NCBI GenBank assembly: GCA_000092065.1
Contig: CP000586.1
Reading direction: 5' to 3' (one strand)
Source: Ostreococcus lucimarinus
Taxonomy: Eukaryota
Length of the DNA stretch: 64,000 bases
The position numbers were made by a program, and so were the translations under genes. Positions 1 to 10,037 of the stretch are shown piece after piece; position 1 is the stretch's first letter, and each line of letters starts with the position of its first letter. Under the pieces are notes generated by a model. The model saw only the letters and a list, made by a program, of their open reading frames with translations, did no database searches and was not told where the DNA came from.

Positions 1-6
1 GACACC

Positions 7-573
7 ATGGCGCTCGCGCGCGCGCGAATCGCGCCCGTCGCGCCCGTCGCGCGCGACGCGCGGGCGACGCGCGCGACGACGTCGAGGCGCGAGCTCGCGG
101 GCGCGGTCGCGCTCGTCGCGACGCTCGGGCGATGCGACGGCGCGCGCGCATCGCGCGATGCGATGGATTACGACGCCGACACGCTCGACGCGCTCGACGC
201 GGCGACGCGGGTGGTGCGAGGGAAGGCGAGGGAGGGCGATCGCGCGCGGATCGACGGATGGTACGAGCGGAACAAGCGGCGGTACGATAACGCGACGCGA
301 GGGAAGTCGTTCTTGATGACGACGAAGACGCTGCGATACGCCGCGGGACGCGAGCGGAGCGAGACGTTCGACGAGGCGAAGTTTGATGAATGGGTGAAGC
401 TTTCGCGAGCGCTCACCGATGGGTCGATGAGCGTGAAAGAGCAGCGCGAGGCGTACGGCGCGGCGGTTTGGGCGAATAACGATAAGAGCGACGCGAAGAA
501 TCGAATCGGGCTCTGCGCGTTCGGCGCGACGGGGCCGACGCGAGCGCTCGGTATCGATTGTTCGGGCTTTTAG
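7..573 (+). CDS. Hypothetical protein (188 aa) with Ala/Arg-rich N-terminus resembling an organellar transit peptide; no recognisable domain
   Basis: Single uninterrupted ORF from ATG at 7; codon composition matches neighbouring genes; ends opposite the convergent ABC1K gene. Function not recognisable from sequence. Confidence 0.4.
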   Translation: MALARARIAPVAPVARDARATRATTSRRELAGAVALVATLGRCDGARASRDAMDYDADTLDALDAATRVVRGKAREGDRARIDGWYERNKRRYDNATRGKSFLMTTKTLRYAAGRERSETFDEAKFDEWVKLSRALTDGSMSVKEQREAYGAAVWANNDKSDAKNRIGLCAFGATGPTRALGIDCSGF

Positions 574-641
574 ATTGTGATTGATTTATTGTTTTTGCGA
601 GCTGTGATGCGTGAGATATAAAAAATGTGTGCGCGGTGTAT

Positions 642-3389
642 CTAACGGCCTCTTTGGAGACTCGGAGTTCGTCCCGGGATGGGGAACTTGCTCAAATCGT
701 CTCGCGTGCGCTCGGCGAGACGCTGCTGGAATTTTTCTATAAACTTGTTCGACATGCGTTGAACGCCTGGCGCAACCGTGGGAAGGATGACGCGAATCGA
801 GTCGGTTTCGATTCTCGACACACCGTTCGCCGCACCGGGAAGTTGCGCGAAGATTTTGTCCAAGGACTGAACAGAGCCGCCCGACGGGCCAGCCGCGAGC
901 TCGACGAGCGCCCGCAACAGCGCTAAATTCTTCTTGTCGTCAAACGTGAGCGCGATGGCATCCTTGTTCTGAGACGCGAGGATGGACAGGAAAATAGACG
1001 CGTTCAATCCAGGGACCAAAGCCAAAGGAGTAATCGTTGCCAGCGTCGCGAATGGCGACGCGCTTCCAAGCAACTGCCACGCTTGCGCGGCGCCGTTTCT
1101 GCTAAGACTGTCCGCGGCGCGCACAGCTTCCTCCACGACGAGATCTTGCAAGTAATTGCCCTCGCCAGAGAATACGATGGACAGTGCATCGCGCGTCGCG
1201 GGATCGAGCTCAGAAAGCACCTTGGCGTCTTCAATCGTCAAACTTTCCGTGGCGCCCATCGAGTTCGTGAACTTGGAAAAACCTCCAGCAATGTCCTTCA
1301 CGCGCGACACCTTCAGACGATCGCTTCCACCGTACACAAAAGATCGGAGTGCCGCGCGCATCCTCGGAGAGTCATCCGACAATAAGCGCCGTGCGATGTA
1401 TGGAAAGCATTCGTCGACAATCGCGTAGTTGGAATCGACACTCAGTCCCAACCCTTCGAGCGTTCCGAACGCGCGCAAAATAAGGACAAAGTACGGGGGC
1501 AGCGACAGCGGGTATTGCTTCGCCAAATCGTCGAGCTTCTCTGAAAGTTCGCCGACGCGGGAGCTTTGTTGCGCATTAAGTGCGTCGGTCTTGGCGGTGA
1601 TTCCGCCGCCGGTACCGTAAAGCGTTTCCAACGTCTCCGCAAGGACGGGAACGACGATTGAACGACTCACCGGATCGTTCGCCAATTCTGGCGGAACGAA
1701 ACCGAGGTTGACCAAATCTCCTAGTGTTTTGTCGTATTCTTTCGCACTCAAATGCGCGATGTATTCCACGAAGGCAATTCGCTGTTCTTCGCTGATGGTC
1801 GTCATCATGCCGTAATCCAATATGCACAGGCGTCCGTTGTCTTCGAGCAGAAAATTTCCGGGGTGCGGATCGGCGTGCAAGAAACCTGTTTCCAAGAACT
1901 GCACCATGTAACTGTTGAGTAACGTCTCGACAAGCTTTTCTCGAGTCTCCTTGTTTGTGTTAGATGCCTCGATTTCGGTGAGCTTGCGACCCGCCACCCA
2001 CTCTTGCGTCAAGACTTTGCGAGTCGAGCACGAACGGAACACATGCGGCACCTTGATGGTGCCGCGAACGAAAGGCACGCTGTTCATGTCGGCCTCAAAG
2101 CGCGATGCGTTTGACGCTTCGAGTCCAAAGTCGAGTTCTTCCAAAAATCTCTCCGCCGCGACGTCCAGCACTGGCAGAAAACCCTCCGCGCCTTGCTGAA
2201 TTTGCCCAAGCGGTCCTTCCTTCGGCAAGGAAGCCAAGGACTCTAGCACGGAGCGAATCACCAGCAAGTCCAAAGTGACGACTTCTAAGATCGCCGGTCG
2301 CTGCACTTTGACCGCGACGTCCATACCCCAATCTCCCTGTTCTTTTTCCATGACTTTCGTGGCTTTCAGCCGTGCTTTGTACACTTGACCGATCGATGCT
2401 GCGGCGACCGGTTCCTCGAACGCACTCACGTCTTCAAACACATCCTCGAGCGGTTTTCCAAGCTCTTGTCGAATCAGCTCGCGTGCCTCGACGCTACTGA
2501 ATGGTTTTACGCCATCCAACAGCGTCTGCAGCGCCTCAAGGTACGCCGGAGGCAGCAAGTCTGGGCGAATCGCCACTGCTTGTCCAACCTTGACGAACGC
2601 CGGCCCTTGCTTAGCGATGATATCCTTCAACTGTCGAGCGCGTTCGACGGAGTTTTTTTCCACTTTACCCGTTTGAATATCGAGTAGTAAAGCCAAGACC
2701 CAGCCCATGACGTCGGCGAGCAAGCTGCCCGAACGCTTCGCGATGGCCGCTGGTCTACGACTCCAGTACGCTCGAATCTTCGCGACATCGTACGTCGTCG
2801 GCAAAGCATCGGATTCACCCCCACGCGCGAGACCTATCGCCGCCGCGCTTTCCTCAGCTTCATCGCCACTGTTTGTGATCGCTAATACGCCAGCCATCGA
2901 CACCGCGATCGCTTGTAACGCCGCGCCGACGGCGTCCTCCGGCAAGAGCTCGGCGACGCCAAACGTCTGGAACGCCGCGGTCGCCGCGCCGAACGCCTTG
3001 CTTTCGATAAAACGCCCCCTCGCCGCCTTCAGCGCCTCAACCGCGACATCTGTCGCACCTTGCCACTCGATCGAGCTCACGAGCTCCCCTGTTCCATCCT
3101 CGCGCTGCCCGAACGCTCTCAAGCGAAGCATCGGCTCCAGCGCCTCTCTCGTCGCCGCGTACAACTTCGCCGGCGACATCTCACGCAGGACGTGCAGACC
3201 GCTGTCGTCCAGCGCGCGATTCAAAACCTCCACATCGATGTGCGTCAGCGCGTCGACCGCGGCCGGGAGATCGGGGACGACGCGCGTGATGACTGTTGAT
3301 TTTCGCGTTGCGCGATGCGTCGACGTCGACGGGCGACCGGCGCGGCGCGGCGCGACGCCGCGCGCGAGCGACGCGCCGGCGAGCGACAT
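642..3389 (-). CDS. ABC1/ADCK/UbiB-family atypical protein kinase (ABC1K-like), 915 aa
   Basis: Translation contains ABC1-family motifs (VKVQRPAILEVV..., HADPHPGNFLLEDNGRLCILDYGMM); ATG confirmed at 3389 on minus strand; Ala/Arg-rich N-terminus typical of plastid targeting. Confidence 0.85.
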   Translation of the reverse strand: MSLAGASLARGVAPRRAGRPSTSTHRATRKSTVITRVVPDLPAAVDALTHIDVEVLNRALDDSGLHVLREMSPAKLYAATREALEPMLRLRAFGQREDGTGELVSSIEWQGATDVAVEALKAARGRFIESKAFGAATAAFQTFGVAELLPEDAVGAALQAIAVSMAGVLAITNSGDEAEESAAAIGLARGGESDALPTTYDVAKIRAYWSRRPAAIAKRSGSLLADVMGWVLALLLDIQTGKVEKNSVERARQLKDIIAKQGPAFVKVGQAVAIRPDLLPPAYLEALQTLLDGVKPFSSVEARELIRQELGKPLEDVFEDVSAFEEPVAAASIGQVYKARLKATKVMEKEQGDWGMDVAVKVQRPAILEVVTLDLLVIRSVLESLASLPKEGPLGQIQQGAEGFLPVLDVAAERFLEELDFGLEASNASRFEADMNSVPFVRGTIKVPHVFRSCSTRKVLTQEWVAGRKLTEIEASNTNKETREKLVETLLNSYMVQFLETGFLHADPHPGNFLLEDNGRLCILDYGMMTTISEEQRIAFVEYIAHLSAKEYDKTLGDLVNLGFVPPELANDPVSRSIVVPVLAETLETLYGTGGGITAKTDALNAQQSSRVGELSEKLDDLAKQYPLSLPPYFVLILRAFGTLEGLGLSVDSNYAIVDECFPYIARRLLSDDSPRMRAALRSFVYGGSDRLKVSRVKDIAGGFSKFTNSMGATESLTIEDAKVLSELDPATRDALSIVFSGEGNYLQDLVVEEAVRAADSLSRNGAAQAWQLLGSASPFATLATITPLALVPGLNASIFLSILASQNKDAIALTFDDKKNLALLRALVELAAGPSGGSVQSLDKIFAQLPGAANGVSRIETDSIRVILPTVAPGVQRMSNKFIEKFQQRLAERTRDDLSKFPIPGRTPSLQRGR

Positions 3390-3569
3390 GGCGCGCGCGC
3401 GAGGTGGTCGAGCGTCACTCTCGCGCGCGCGTGCGGTCGGGCGGGCCGTGCGTCACTGTCCCTCGCGCGCGGGCGCGGATAAGTGAGGAGTCCTCTGACA
3501 GGCAAAAAGCGTCCTCTGAGAGCGCGCGGCGATCGCGCGGTGACAACGCGGCTATGCTAATTTCAGGCG

Positions 3570-5681
3570 CTACCTTTTCTTCTTCTTCGTGACGCGAGAT
3601 TGCTTGCTCGCGAGCTTTGCGCGCTGCTTGGGCTTCGCACTCGAGGCGCGCGCGGTCTTTTTGCCGTTCTTCGCGTTGCCGGCGCCGCGCTCGCGAAACG
3701 CGCGCTGCTCGTCGGCGGCGCGGCGACGCTTGGCGCTCGGTGACGCCGGGGTGCCTCCGTAGCCGCGGTGGCCGTCGGAGGCCCACGCGCTAGCACCACG
3801 AGGACGTTTATTGTTACCGTTGCGCGGATCGTCGGTCCAATCGGATTTGTTCGGCGAGAAGCTGTTTTTCGCGTTCGCTTTGCGGAAATACTGATGGTTG
3901 TTCCGCCCGCTCCCCGAGGGCGAGGATTCGCGGCGGACCATAGTGTTCTGGCGAACCTTGATGAGTTGACCGCTCTTTGGGAACGCACCGAAACTGTTTC
4001 TAGGCGGTGGCGCGGCGACCTCGGAGAGTAACGAGAGCTCGCCGCTCACCGAGATGTGCTCCGCGGCGAGTCTAAACAGGTTCTGAACCTCTTTGAATCG
4101 ATACGCCGCCGCGGTAAAGCAACGCAGTCGCTCCTGCGGATCTTCTGCCATGATGTACGGCCGCGTCCCAAACGGTGGACCGGGGAGTTCCGCGGCGGAC
4201 ATCACGCCCGATTCGCGACCGGCGGCGACGGCGTTTGTTCTGTAATCAAACACAGAGCCGAATCGCCGGAGAAAACCGAGTAAGAGCTCGCCCAACAAAC
4301 CGGCTTTATTTACAGCTACCACTGAACCCGTTTGTTTCAAGTGCGAAACCACAAGCGACACGAGCAAGTAGCCCCCACACCCTCCAGTCGCGGCGTCGTT
4401 CAAGTGATGCGTGCTAAGAAGGCGCTTCAAGTAAAAGACCAATGGTTTCAACGCCGTGTACGTCTCGACTTGTTCGCGAATCCAGTACACGGCTTCGAGG
4501 CCGTTTGAAGTTCCTAAGGACAGATCCACGGCGATATATGGCGGCACAGCACTTTTCATTTTAATGATCGGAACCTTCGCCGAGGCGATGATCTCCGCTC
4601 GCGACACAGCGTTCACCTTGCGCAAGAATCGAGCCATTTTTCGCAAGTGGCCGACGATTTCGTCGCGTTCGCTTCGTGTAAACCCACCACCGCCGCCCTT
4701 GCGCGACTGCGGACCGACGCCGAGTAAAACTAAATCTAGATCGGCTCCTGCGAGCGCCAGCCCCGTGGCGCCGCTCCCGAATACGTGCAGAGAGCAATCT
4801 TTGTGATTAGCGTAATGTCGAGCGATGGCGGATTGAATGGCGTCGAAACACTGTTGTCGACGACTCGCTTCGTGCGTAGACATCTCGCTATGCTTCACGA
4901 AATCAATCACTTGCGAATGCAAAGAATCATCGCCGACGACTCGATCGCTCTCGATGTTGTTGAGCTCAGTCTCCTCGACGTTGAACGAAAAGTTATGATC
5001 GTCTTCCTCATCCGTGTATTCGTCGAATGAATCGTCGAAATGATCGTCTTCGGCATCGCTTTCATCGATCGTGTTGTCCTCGGCGCTCACGGAACCATCG
5101 CAACGCGCATCGCTCGCGCTTTCTTCGCTCGTCGCCGCACTCGCGGACGTCTCGATCCCGTTCATCTCGCGCATCGCGTCCGCCACGCCCTTGGCGAGCG
5201 TAAATTTCCTTTTAAACACCAACCGCTCCCTTTGACTCGACGGCAAGCGCTCTTCGCTCTTCGTTTCCACCACCCCTCGTCGCTGTAAATCACGCAGCGT
5301 CTCCAGAACCTCTGACTCAAAATCTACCGCCGTCCCCGTCGCCGCCTTTGTCTCCTCGTCCCAATTCGCCGCCCCCGCGCGAAGCGTCCCCACCAACGTC
5401 TGCGCGTCGCACGCCGTCGGCGCCGCTCGACTCATCGCCTCCACCACCAACTCCCGCCATCGCACGCGTCGATCCTCGTCGTCGTGCCTCTCCCTCCCGC
5501 GTCCCGTCGTCGTCGCCGCGCTCGTCGTCGCCGCGCTCCTCGTCGTCCCGCGCGCGTCGCCCGCCCCTCGCCCGCCGCGTCCGCCTCCCGCGCGCGCCGC
5601 CGTCGCCGGCGTCCCCCGCGACGTCGACGACGCGCCCCACCTCGCGGCGCGTCGCTCTTTCCTTCGCCTCGACGCGCTCAT
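3570..5681 (-). CDS. Non-canonical poly(A) polymerase / terminal nucleotidyltransferase (Cid1/Trf4/GLD2 family, PAP/25A-associated domain)
   Basis: Nucleotidyltransferase motif (HVFGSGATGLALAGADLDLVLLG) followed by a PAP-associated region; acidic central stretch and Lys/Arg-rich C-terminus. Start at 5681 is ATG, but the alternative ATG near 5435 (MSRAAPTAC...) is possible because the first ~80 codons are low-complexity G/R/A/T. Confidence 0.75.
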   Translation of the reverse strand: MSASRRRKERRAARWGASSTSRGTPATAARAGGGRGGRGAGDARGTTRSAATTSAATTTGRGRERHDDEDRRVRWRELVVEAMSRAAPTACDAQTLVGTLRAGAANWDEETKAATGTAVDFESEVLETLRDLQRRGVVETKSEERLPSSQRERLVFKRKFTLAKGVADAMREMNGIETSASAATSEESASDARCDGSVSAEDNTIDESDAEDDHFDDSFDEYTDEEDDHNFSFNVEETELNNIESDRVVGDDSLHSQVIDFVKHSEMSTHEASRRQQCFDAIQSAIARHYANHKDCSLHVFGSGATGLALAGADLDLVLLGVGPQSRKGGGGGFTRSERDEIVGHLRKMARFLRKVNAVSRAEIIASAKVPIIKMKSAVPPYIAVDLSLGTSNGLEAVYWIREQVETYTALKPLVFYLKRLLSTHHLNDAATGGCGGYLLVSLVVSHLKQTGSVVAVNKAGLLGELLLGFLRRFGSVFDYRTNAVAAGRESGVMSAAELPGPPFGTRPYIMAEDPQERLRCFTAAAYRFKEVQNLFRLAAEHISVSGELSLLSEVAAPPPRNSFGAFPKSGQLIKVRQNTMVRRESSPSGSGRNNHQYFRKANAKNSFSPNKSDWTDDPRNGNNKRPRGASAWASDGHRGYGGTPASPSAKRRRAADEQRAFRERGAGNAKNGKKTARASSAKPKQRAKLASKQSRVTKKKKR

Positions 5682-6043
5682 CGCTTTCCGTCGTCCGTCG
5701 CGTCAATCGACCTCGGCGGCGCGCGTCGCGTCGACGCGCGCCCGGCGCGCTCGCGCGCGCGCGCGCGCGGCGTCGACCGGTCGAGGCGCGACCGCGCGCG
5801 CGTCGTCGCGTCGCGTCGGTCGTTCGCGTCGCGCGCGCGCGTGTGGCGCGCCGACCGACGCGACGCGCCGAGACTCGACTCGACGGCGCGCGACGCGCGC
5901 GTTCGCCGCACACGCGCGCGCGGCGGCGCGGCGACGACGCGAGCGGCGACCGCGCGAGCGTCGACGCGCGCTCGGAGCGCGCCGCTCGCGGCGTGAAACG
6001 CCGATCGCGCGCGCGCGGGACGTCGAACGCGCGGGTGGATAAA

Positions 6044-9000
6044 ATGCGCGCGACGACGCGCGCGGACGCGCGCGACGCGCGCCTCGCGACGGCGCGCGCT
6101 CGAGAGGGACTCGCGCGCGCGCGTCGACGCGCGCGCCCCTCGCGCGCGCGCGCGTCGACGCGGACGCGCGCGAGGGCGGCGGTGGAGGGCGACGCGGGCG
6201 AGGACGTCGCGGCGCGAGCGCGCGAGGCGAGACGACGCGCGGAGGCGCGCGCGGAGGCGCGATTGGCGGAGACGTGGGCGCGGCGCGAGGGCGAGAGAGA
6301 CGCGCGGGCGGACGCCGCTGAAGCGCGGGATGGCGCGCTGTCGGAGCTGGAGTCGGCGCGCGAGGCGTTGAGGCGCGCGCGCGAGGACAAGGAAATCGTC
6401 GAGGCGACGTTGGCGCGGACGCGCGAGGACTCGGCGCGGCGCGCGGATGCGGCCGCGACGGAAACGGAAACGCTGCGACGCGAGCTCGAGAAGGTGCTGG
6501 ACGCGCTCGACGGCGAGAAAAAGGAAAAGGCGCTCGTCGAAGAGCGCTTCGCGAGCGAGCGCGAGCGCTTGTCCGACGAGGCGGTCGACGAAGCGAAGCG
6601 CCTCCAAGCGAAGCTTGACGATGCATCCGTCGCAATTGAGCGAGCGACGCAGGCGAGGGACGCCATTAAAGAGCAGATGGCTGACGCTGTGGCTAGCAAC
6701 GCTGCGACAAAGGACGAGACGCTCCAGTTGAAGAAACAACTTGACGACGCAGTTCATGCGCTATCGGATGCCATCATTGAAAAGTCAAGCGCGGAGTCGA
6801 AAATCGCGGAGACGGAGGCCCGAAACCAGGAGTTGGAGAAGGCCAAGGCGTCGATGGTGTCCAAAGCGGAGCTGGATTGCGTGAAAAATGAACTCAAACA
6901 AGCCACACTCGGTCGCACCGCAGCGGTTGAAGACTCGGAACGGCTCGCAGACATGCTCCAAGCAGCAAAACGCGAGCTGGAAATACTTGCGCTTGACAAA
7001 AAAAACCTGCAGCAGGAGCTCGCAGAGGCAGTGGCGAAGCCGCCGCAGGTCTCCGCGGGGGACATTGAGTTGTTTGAACAGCTTGTGGCGTCGCAAAAAG
7101 AAGAACTCGCCACGCTCCGCGATCTCGCGGACACGTCTATGGCGAAAGTGAACGAGTTGGAGGAGGAAATCGACCGACTTTTGGACCAACTGGAAGAGCG
7201 CGACGCCGAGCTCGAAGAAAAGAACCGTGCCACGACGTCGCCACCAGGGCTGATTGAGTCCCCCATCGTGGTCACAGATGGAGTCGTCGTCAACCAAGAA
7301 GCGAGATCCTACGCGGATCTGGTTGAAGAAACCGTTCGAGCGCAATTGATGGACACTATTGAGGTGGAAGCCACGAGTTATATCGACGAGCAAGATAAAC
7401 GTTTGGTGGAACAAGCGTCGGGTGACGCGCGGAAAACAACTGATGGAGTGTATTACTTTGTCGGCGACGTCCGACCTTCAACACGAGTTCGCCTGATATA
7501 TAATCGCGAAACCACATCTCGAATGTCGCGCGATGGTCAAGTATTTGCACACGTTGGATTCAACGGATGGAGTCTGGGTGTGTCCAAAAAAATTGGCATG
7601 ACTCCACTGGCGCACGACGCCAAAGAGCGCGATATCGATCACAGAGTACGCGACCAAGGGAGCTGGTGGATCTGCGAAGTTGAAATTCCACCAGGCGCGA
7701 GCACGGTTGAGTTTGTGTTTAGCGACGCCAACGGTTTTTACGATAACAATAGCGGCAAAGATTACCACTGCCCGGTTGATGTTGAGAATTTACCGCGTGA
7801 ACACAGAATCTCAGCCCGGATCAAAGCGGAGACGGAGCGACGTCGAGACGCGATTGAAAAGTGCGCTAAGAGAGCTGGCAAACGCGCAGCACGCCATGCA
7901 GAAATGCGCGCCACTGCGTTAGTACGAGCAAGTGAGGGGGCAGCACTGATGCGTGTGCACACTGTGCCGTATCAAGGGAAAGCGGGCGGTGAAATGACGA
8001 TCGTTTATCGCGCCGAAGGCGGTCCACTGGGAGATGCACAGAATATCTTCTGCGAGGGCTCGTGGAATAGATGGAACCACGGCGCTTCGTTCGGCCCTAG
8101 TGTCATGCAGCGCGGTGACACCCCGGGGACGCTGGAACTTACAGTGAATGTGCCCGCGGATGCGCACGTCATGGATTTTAAGTTCCTCAACGAAGACGTC
8201 GCATCGCCGCAAACGAGATATGATTCCAACAACGGTGCGGACTACCACGCACCGGTGACTGGTGGCTCAGGAGCGGCTCCGAAGTTGAACGTCGTCCACA
8301 TCGCAGTCGAGATGGCGCCCATTTGCAAAGTTGGCGGCATGGGTGACGTCGTCACCGCCCTCGCGCGTGCGACTCAAGAAGACGGGCACAACGTCGAGGT
8401 CATAGTGCCGCACTACGATTGCATGCTCTTCGATGCGGTGGATGGTTACCATCGCGCTGGCAGCTGCGTTCACCACGATGTTCAAGTTGACGTGTTTAAA
8501 GGATGGGTTGAAGACGTTCCAGTGACGCTACTTCGTCCCAAAAATGGACATTTTGACGTCGGTTGTATATACGGACGCCACGACGATCACGTGAGGTTTG
8601 GCTTTTTCACTGAAGCAGCGTTGACGTGGATGCGATCAAAGAATAAAGAGGTTGATATCATTCACGCGCACGACTGGCAGACCGCACCCGCGACCTGGGG
8701 TAATTATCCAAACGCAGCGACGGCGCTCACGCTTCACAATTTACAGTTTGGAGTCGACCTGATACGCCGTGGAATGGAGTCATGCGACATTGCAACCACG
8801 GTGAGTCCGACGTACGCCGACGAGGTGCGTTCACACCACGCCGTCGCGCCGTCGCAGGACAAATTCGTTGGGATACGAAACGGTATCGATACCGACATTT
8901 GGAACCCATCAGCAGATGAATTCTTGCCGTTAGTGTACGACTCCTCTAACGCGATTGCGGGCAAGGCGGCAGCGGCGGCCGAGCTGTGCAGGCGACTCGG

Positions 9001-9631
9001 TATCCAGCACCCCGAAGGCGCGCCAATCGTTGGTGTCGTTTCACGACTTACGGCGCAAAAGGGAATACATCTCATCAAGCACGCGTGTCATCGCGCGCTT
9101 GAGCGCGGTGCAACGTTTGTTCTGCTAGGAAGCGCGCCTGATCCGGCGCATCAACACGAGTTCAACGCTCTCGCGGACGAGATGAAGCGCAAGTATCCAG
9201 GACGAAGCTGCTTTATGTTCAAGTACGACGAGCCGCTGTCGCACTTGATTTATGCCGGCTGTGATTTCCTTCTCGTGCCATCAATGTTCGAGCCGTGTGG
9301 GTTGACACAAATGATCGCCATGCGTTACGGCACTGTCCCAGTGGTTCGCCGAACCGGCGGCTTGCGCGACACCGTCTTCGACGTCGAAAACGACGGCGAG
9401 CGGAGCGCAATGACCGGAGTTCCCCTAAATGGTTTTGTTTTCGACGGCACCGAAACCCCCGATATCGACTACGCGCTTAATCGTGCCTTGGACGCCTTTT
9501 ACGACCGTCCCCGTTGGCAATCGCTCAACCTCGTCGAGCGCACGCTGAATCTAGATTGGTCTTGGTTCGAGCCAGCCAAGCGATACGAAGACCTGTACTG
9601 GGCATCTCTGCGACACAAACGCGGCCGCTAA
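6044..9631 (+). CDS. Soluble starch synthase III-like protein (GT5): N-terminal coiled-coil, two CBM53-like starch-binding repeats, C-terminal starch/glycogen synthase catalytic domain
   Basis: The GT5 motif KVGGMGDVVTALARA with a GT1-type C-terminal half, and two repeats of the W-containing CBM53-like module (VYYFVGDV...GFNGW ; IVYRAEGG...GSWNRWNH). The ORF is open from 5348 but the first ATG is at 6044; the 5348-6043 portion overlaps the divergent nucleotidyltransferase gene and is CG-tract low-complexity sequence, so I call 6044 as the start. Confidence 0.8.
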   Translation: MRATTRADARDARLATARAREGLARARRRARPSRARASTRTRARAAVEGDAGEDVAARAREARRRAEARAEARLAETWARREGERDARADAAEARDGALSELESAREALRRAREDKEIVEATLARTREDSARRADAAATETETLRRELEKVLDALDGEKKEKALVEERFASERERLSDEAVDEAKRLQAKLDDASVAIERATQARDAIKEQMADAVASNAATKDETLQLKKQLDDAVHALSDAIIEKSSAESKIAETEARNQELEKAKASMVSKAELDCVKNELKQATLGRTAAVEDSERLADMLQAAKRELEILALDKKNLQQELAEAVAKPPQVSAGDIELFEQLVASQKEELATLRDLADTSMAKVNELEEEIDRLLDQLEERDAELEEKNRATTSPPGLIESPIVVTDGVVVNQEARSYADLVEETVRAQLMDTIEVEATSYIDEQDKRLVEQASGDARKTTDGVYYFVGDVRPSTRVRLIYNRETTSRMSRDGQVFAHVGFNGWSLGVSKKIGMTPLAHDAKERDIDHRVRDQGSWWICEVEIPPGASTVEFVFSDANGFYDNNSGKDYHCPVDVENLPREHRISARIKAETERRRDAIEKCAKRAGKRAARHAEMRATALVRASEGAALMRVHTVPYQGKAGGEMTIVYRAEGGPLGDAQNIFCEGSWNRWNHGASFGPSVMQRGDTPGTLELTVNVPADAHVMDFKFLNEDVASPQTRYDSNNGADYHAPVTGGSGAAPKLNVVHIAVEMAPICKVGGMGDVVTALARATQEDGHNVEVIVPHYDCMLFDAVDGYHRAGSCVHHDVQVDVFKGWVEDVPVTLLRPKNGHFDVGCIYGRHDDHVRFGFFTEAALTWMRSKNKEVDIIHAHDWQTAPATWGNYPNAATALTLHNLQFGVDLIRRGMESCDIATTVSPTYADEVRSHHAVAPSQDKFVGIRNGIDTDIWNPSADEFLPLVYDSSNAIAGKAAAAAELCRRLGIQHPEGAPIVGVVSRLTAQKGIHLIKHACHRALERGATFVLLGSAPDPAHQHEFNALADEMKRKYPGRSCFMFKYDEPLSHLIYAGCDFLLVPSMFEPCGLTQMIAMRYGTVPVVRRTGGLRDTVFDVENDGERSAMTGVPLNGFVFDGTETPDIDYALNRALDAFYDRPRWQSLNLVERTLNLDWSWFEPAKRYEDLYWASLRHKRGR

Positions 9632-9764
9632 TACTCGCCGTCATTATAATACGAAATAATACGAAATGTACCATTGAAACCATTAGAACCGTTCTACGTC
9701 ACAGCGCGGGAAGTGCGGCACGCGCCGCTGCACTATCCCCACAGCGCGCCGCGGATCTGTGAAA

Positions 9765-9857
9765 ATGCCCTTGATTTACGCCTTCGTCGCTCGTCGAACG
9801 ACCGTGCTCGCGGAGTTTACGAACTACAGCGGGAACTTTAGCACGATCGCGATCCAG
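9765..9857 (+). CDS. VAMP7-like longin R-SNARE, exon 1 (MPLIYAFVARRTTVLAEFTNYSGNFSTIAIQ)
   Basis: Matches the conserved N-terminus of longin-domain VAMPs (compare MAILFAVVARGTTILAKHAWCGGNF...); followed directly by GTGAGC donor at 9858. Track ORF start at 9759 is a GTG; first ATG is 9765. Confidence 0.6.
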
Positions 9858-10037
9858 GTGAGCGCGCGAGCGAACGATGCGCGACGCGCGCGCGATACCG
9901 TCGCGAGGGGGTCGAACGAGGGCGATGCCCAGTGCGCGTGTGCGCGAATTTCATCGCGTGCGCGCGCGCGATGACGGTGCGAACGCGACGCGAACGCGAG
10001 ACTGATGACGGCGTTGATGGTTTCGCGCGCTACGTAG
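9858..10037 (+). other. Intron (180 nt, GTGAGC...TAG) in VAMP7-like gene
   Basis: Donor GTGAGC after exon 1, branch-like CTGATGAC about 30 nt upstream of acceptor TAG at 10035-10037; joins longin domain in frame (phase 0). Confidence 0.55.

Noticed and set aside
5317-6757. Several long minus-strand ORFs (460, 359, 310 aa) and a 170-aa plus ORF stacked on top of each other in the 5300-6760 region
   Set aside because: All translate to Arg/Ala/Ser/Pro homopolymer-like sequence and overlap each other in different frames. They are the expected artefact of alternating-CG DNA having no stop codons; the real genes here are the divergent nucleotidyltransferase and starch synthase.
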